This document shows positions 62,432 to 64,000 of a DNA stretch of 64,000 nt, in pieces. How positions within the stretch are numbered: position 1 is the first letter of the stretch; every line of letters begins with the position of its first letter. Origin of the DNA: an uncultured delta proteobacterium (GTDB lineage: Bacteria; Myxococcota; Kuafuiibacteriia; Kuafuiibacteriales; Kuafuiibacteriaceae); the NCBI GenBank assembly GCA_963803435.1, contig CAWDML010000009.1, positions 768,001 through 832,000 on the forward strand. The letters run 5' to 3'. The notes under the pieces are model-generated. The model was given only the letters and a program-made list of their open reading frames with translations. It searched no databases and was not told the DNA's origin. Made by a program: the position numbers and the translations under genes.

Positions 62432-63795
62432 GCGTGCACGAGGGGCTGGCCGAGCTGGTGAGGCACGGTTCCGACCTGCTCAAAGCGAAGAAGCCGGAGC
62501 GCGCCCGCTCGGCCCTGGAGAGGGCGTACACGCTGGATCCGCAGGATCCCAAGGTCCGCAACCTCCTGGGGCTCGCGTACTTCAAGCTCGGCCTGCTCGA
62601 GGCGGCCAAGGCCATCTATGACGGTCTGGTGGTCGACTATCCGGGAGAGGCGCCGCTGTTCGTGAACCTCGGGCTGGTGCTCTTGCGCCAAGGTCGACTC
62701 TCGGAGGCGGAGGCCACGCTCGAGCGCGCGCTCCGCCTCGCGCCGGCGCACGCGCGCGCGCACTGCTATCTGGGGCTGGTCCTCTACCGGCGCGGCGATC
62801 TCGGCCGCGCCCACGAGCACTTCCTTCAGGGGAACGCGCTCGACTTTGCGGCGAAGGTCGAGCGGCGGATGTCGCGGCCCGACGATGCCGAGCCGTCGCG
62901 GGCCGAGGTGATCCGGAGGGTGGCGGACGACGGTGTGGCCGGCCTCGAGCGCCCCGATGCGTTTCGCTCGCTGGACGCCGAGCGCGACGAGCGCGTGGTG
63001 CGCGACGAAGGAGGCTGGGAGGCAGCGGTGAGCCACAGCCAGCCGCCGCTGCCGGTGCCGGAGCCGGTGGAGGATACCGACGTGCTGGACTCGATCGAGG
63101 TGGCCGTCCCCAGCCCGAGCCGGCTCCCGGAGGCGATGGTCTACGGCCGGGGACCTGAAAACGGCGTGCCGCAGCCGGCGAGCGGCGTCCCGGAGATCTC
63201 GTCGGGCGGCGAGGCCATGGGTTTCACGGCAGGTCCCGGCGCACGGGCTCGGCTGGAGATCGGGAGCGCCGCATACCTCAAGCCCTCCGCCATCGTGGCG
63301 GCCTCCGGCCGGCTCGCCGTGTCCGAGGCCAAGCGGCACTTCAACAGCCGCTCCACGGGCGGCGTGTTCGGTGATCCGGCCGATCCGGTGAGCCGCGTGG
63401 AGGGTCGTGCCGTCTTGCTTCTTCGCGTCACCCGGGTTGCGGTAGCGCTGAGAGGTGCGCGTGACCTGCACGTGGTCCAGTCGGCGCTGGTCGGCTTCGA
63501 TGACGGCTTCGAGTGGGACAATGGCCGGATCCTCGGGCTCGAGGTGGTCACCCTTCGGGGCAAGGGCAGCCTCCTGCTCGATACGCGGGGGCCGCCGATG
63601 CTCATGTCGGTCGACGACGACACGCCGGTCCATGCCTCGCTCGAGGCGTTGCTCGCCTGGTCGGACGGCGTTCGCCCCAGCCCGGTCGAGACGCAGGCCG
63701 AACGGCCCCGGCTCTTCAAGCTGTACGGCAGGGGTTACGTGCTGGTGCAGCTTCCTCCGGACGAAGAGGGCGCGCTCGCGCGTTCTTCGGGTTAG
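62428..63795 (+). CDS. TPR protein with C-terminal AIM24-like domain
   Basis: N-terminal TPRs (NLLGLAYF, VNLGLV, CYLGLV); beta-rich C-terminus. Confidence 0.7.
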   Translation: MSVHEGLAELVRHGSDLLKAKKPERARSALERAYTLDPQDPKVRNLLGLAYFKLGLLEAAKAIYDGLVVDYPGEAPLFVNLGLVLLRQGRLSEAEATLERALRLAPAHARAHCYLGLVLYRRGDLGRAHEHFLQGNALDFAAKVERRMSRPDDAEPSRAEVIRRVADDGVAGLERPDAFRSLDAERDERVVRDEGGWEAAVSHSQPPLPVPEPVEDTDVLDSIEVAVPSPSRLPEAMVYGRGPENGVPQPASGVPEISSGGEAMGFTAGPGARARLEIGSAAYLKPSAIVAASGRLAVSEAKRHFNSRSTGGVFGDPADPVSRVEGRAVLLLRVTRVAVALRGARDLHVVQSALVGFDDGFEWDNGRILGLEVVTLRGKGSLLLDTRGPPMLMSVDDDTPVHASLEALLAWSDGVRPSPVETQAERPRLFKLYGRGYVLVQLPPDEEGALARSSG

Positions 63796-63800
63796 AGAGA

Positions 63801-64000
63801 ATGCTCATGGTGCGTGAGAAGCTCAGCCTGCAGAAGCAAGCGCTGTCGCTACCGAACCTGATCACCTATGTGCGGATCCTCGCGATTCCGGCGGTGCTCT
63901 TCACCATGCAGTTCGACTCGCCGCGGAACGCGTTCCTCGCCGCCATGATCTTCGCCGCCGCCTCGGCGACGGATGCGCTCGACGGTTATCTGGCCCGCAA
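63801..64000 (+). CDS. pgsA: CDP-diacylglycerol--glycerol-3-phosphate 3-phosphatidyltransferase (partial, 5' end)
   Basis: LPNLITYVRI, TDALDGYLAR; truncated by the window end. Confidence 0.9.
   Translation, partial: MLMVREKLSLQKQALSLPNLITYVRILAIPAVLFTMQFDSPRNAFLAAMIFAAASATDALDGYLAR

Noticed and set aside
1074-63633. Many long antisense or alternate-frame ORFs (e.g. 1074..2522, 14379..16376, 52201..54111, 60111..61793)
   Set aside because: Shadow ORFs expected in high-GC DNA; Arg/Pro/Gly-rich, no motifs, opposite or overlapping recognisable genes

Overview
High-GC bacterial chromosome, most consistent with Myxococcota (AgmX/GltJ-like, GYF, PEGA, TPR, bactofilin and Roadblock proteins). The window opens with the 3' end of an rRNA operon (partial 23S, 5S, terminator). 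It then runs through mostly core genes: tdk-upp-hpt, acpP-fabF, add, truA, pdp/deoA-punA, glyA-nrdR-ribD..ribE-ribB(X)-ribH-nusB, three bactofilins, pyrE, nadB and pgsA. Best candidate for an interesting system: a bacterial microcompartment satellite operon (two EutN/CcmL pentamer genes, a class II aldolase with a C-terminal encapsulation-peptide-like helix, and DeoC with an N-terminal encapsulation-peptide-like helix plus a 4-Cys motif). It lies next to pyrimidine and purine nucleoside phosphorylases, suggesting compartmentalised nucleoside-sugar breakdown. Other signals: tandem NrdR-box-like sites before tdk-upp-hpt and before nrdR-ribD; a decayed IS1182-like element with a four-helix-bundle passenger inserted in a CTAG shared by two convergent stop codons; a GalT-like protein lacking its catalytic histidines; and seven chromosomal frameshifts that are each repaired by deleting one base at a GATC site, pointing to modification-linked sequencing artefacts. 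All product calls come from motif recognition by eye; no database searches were run.
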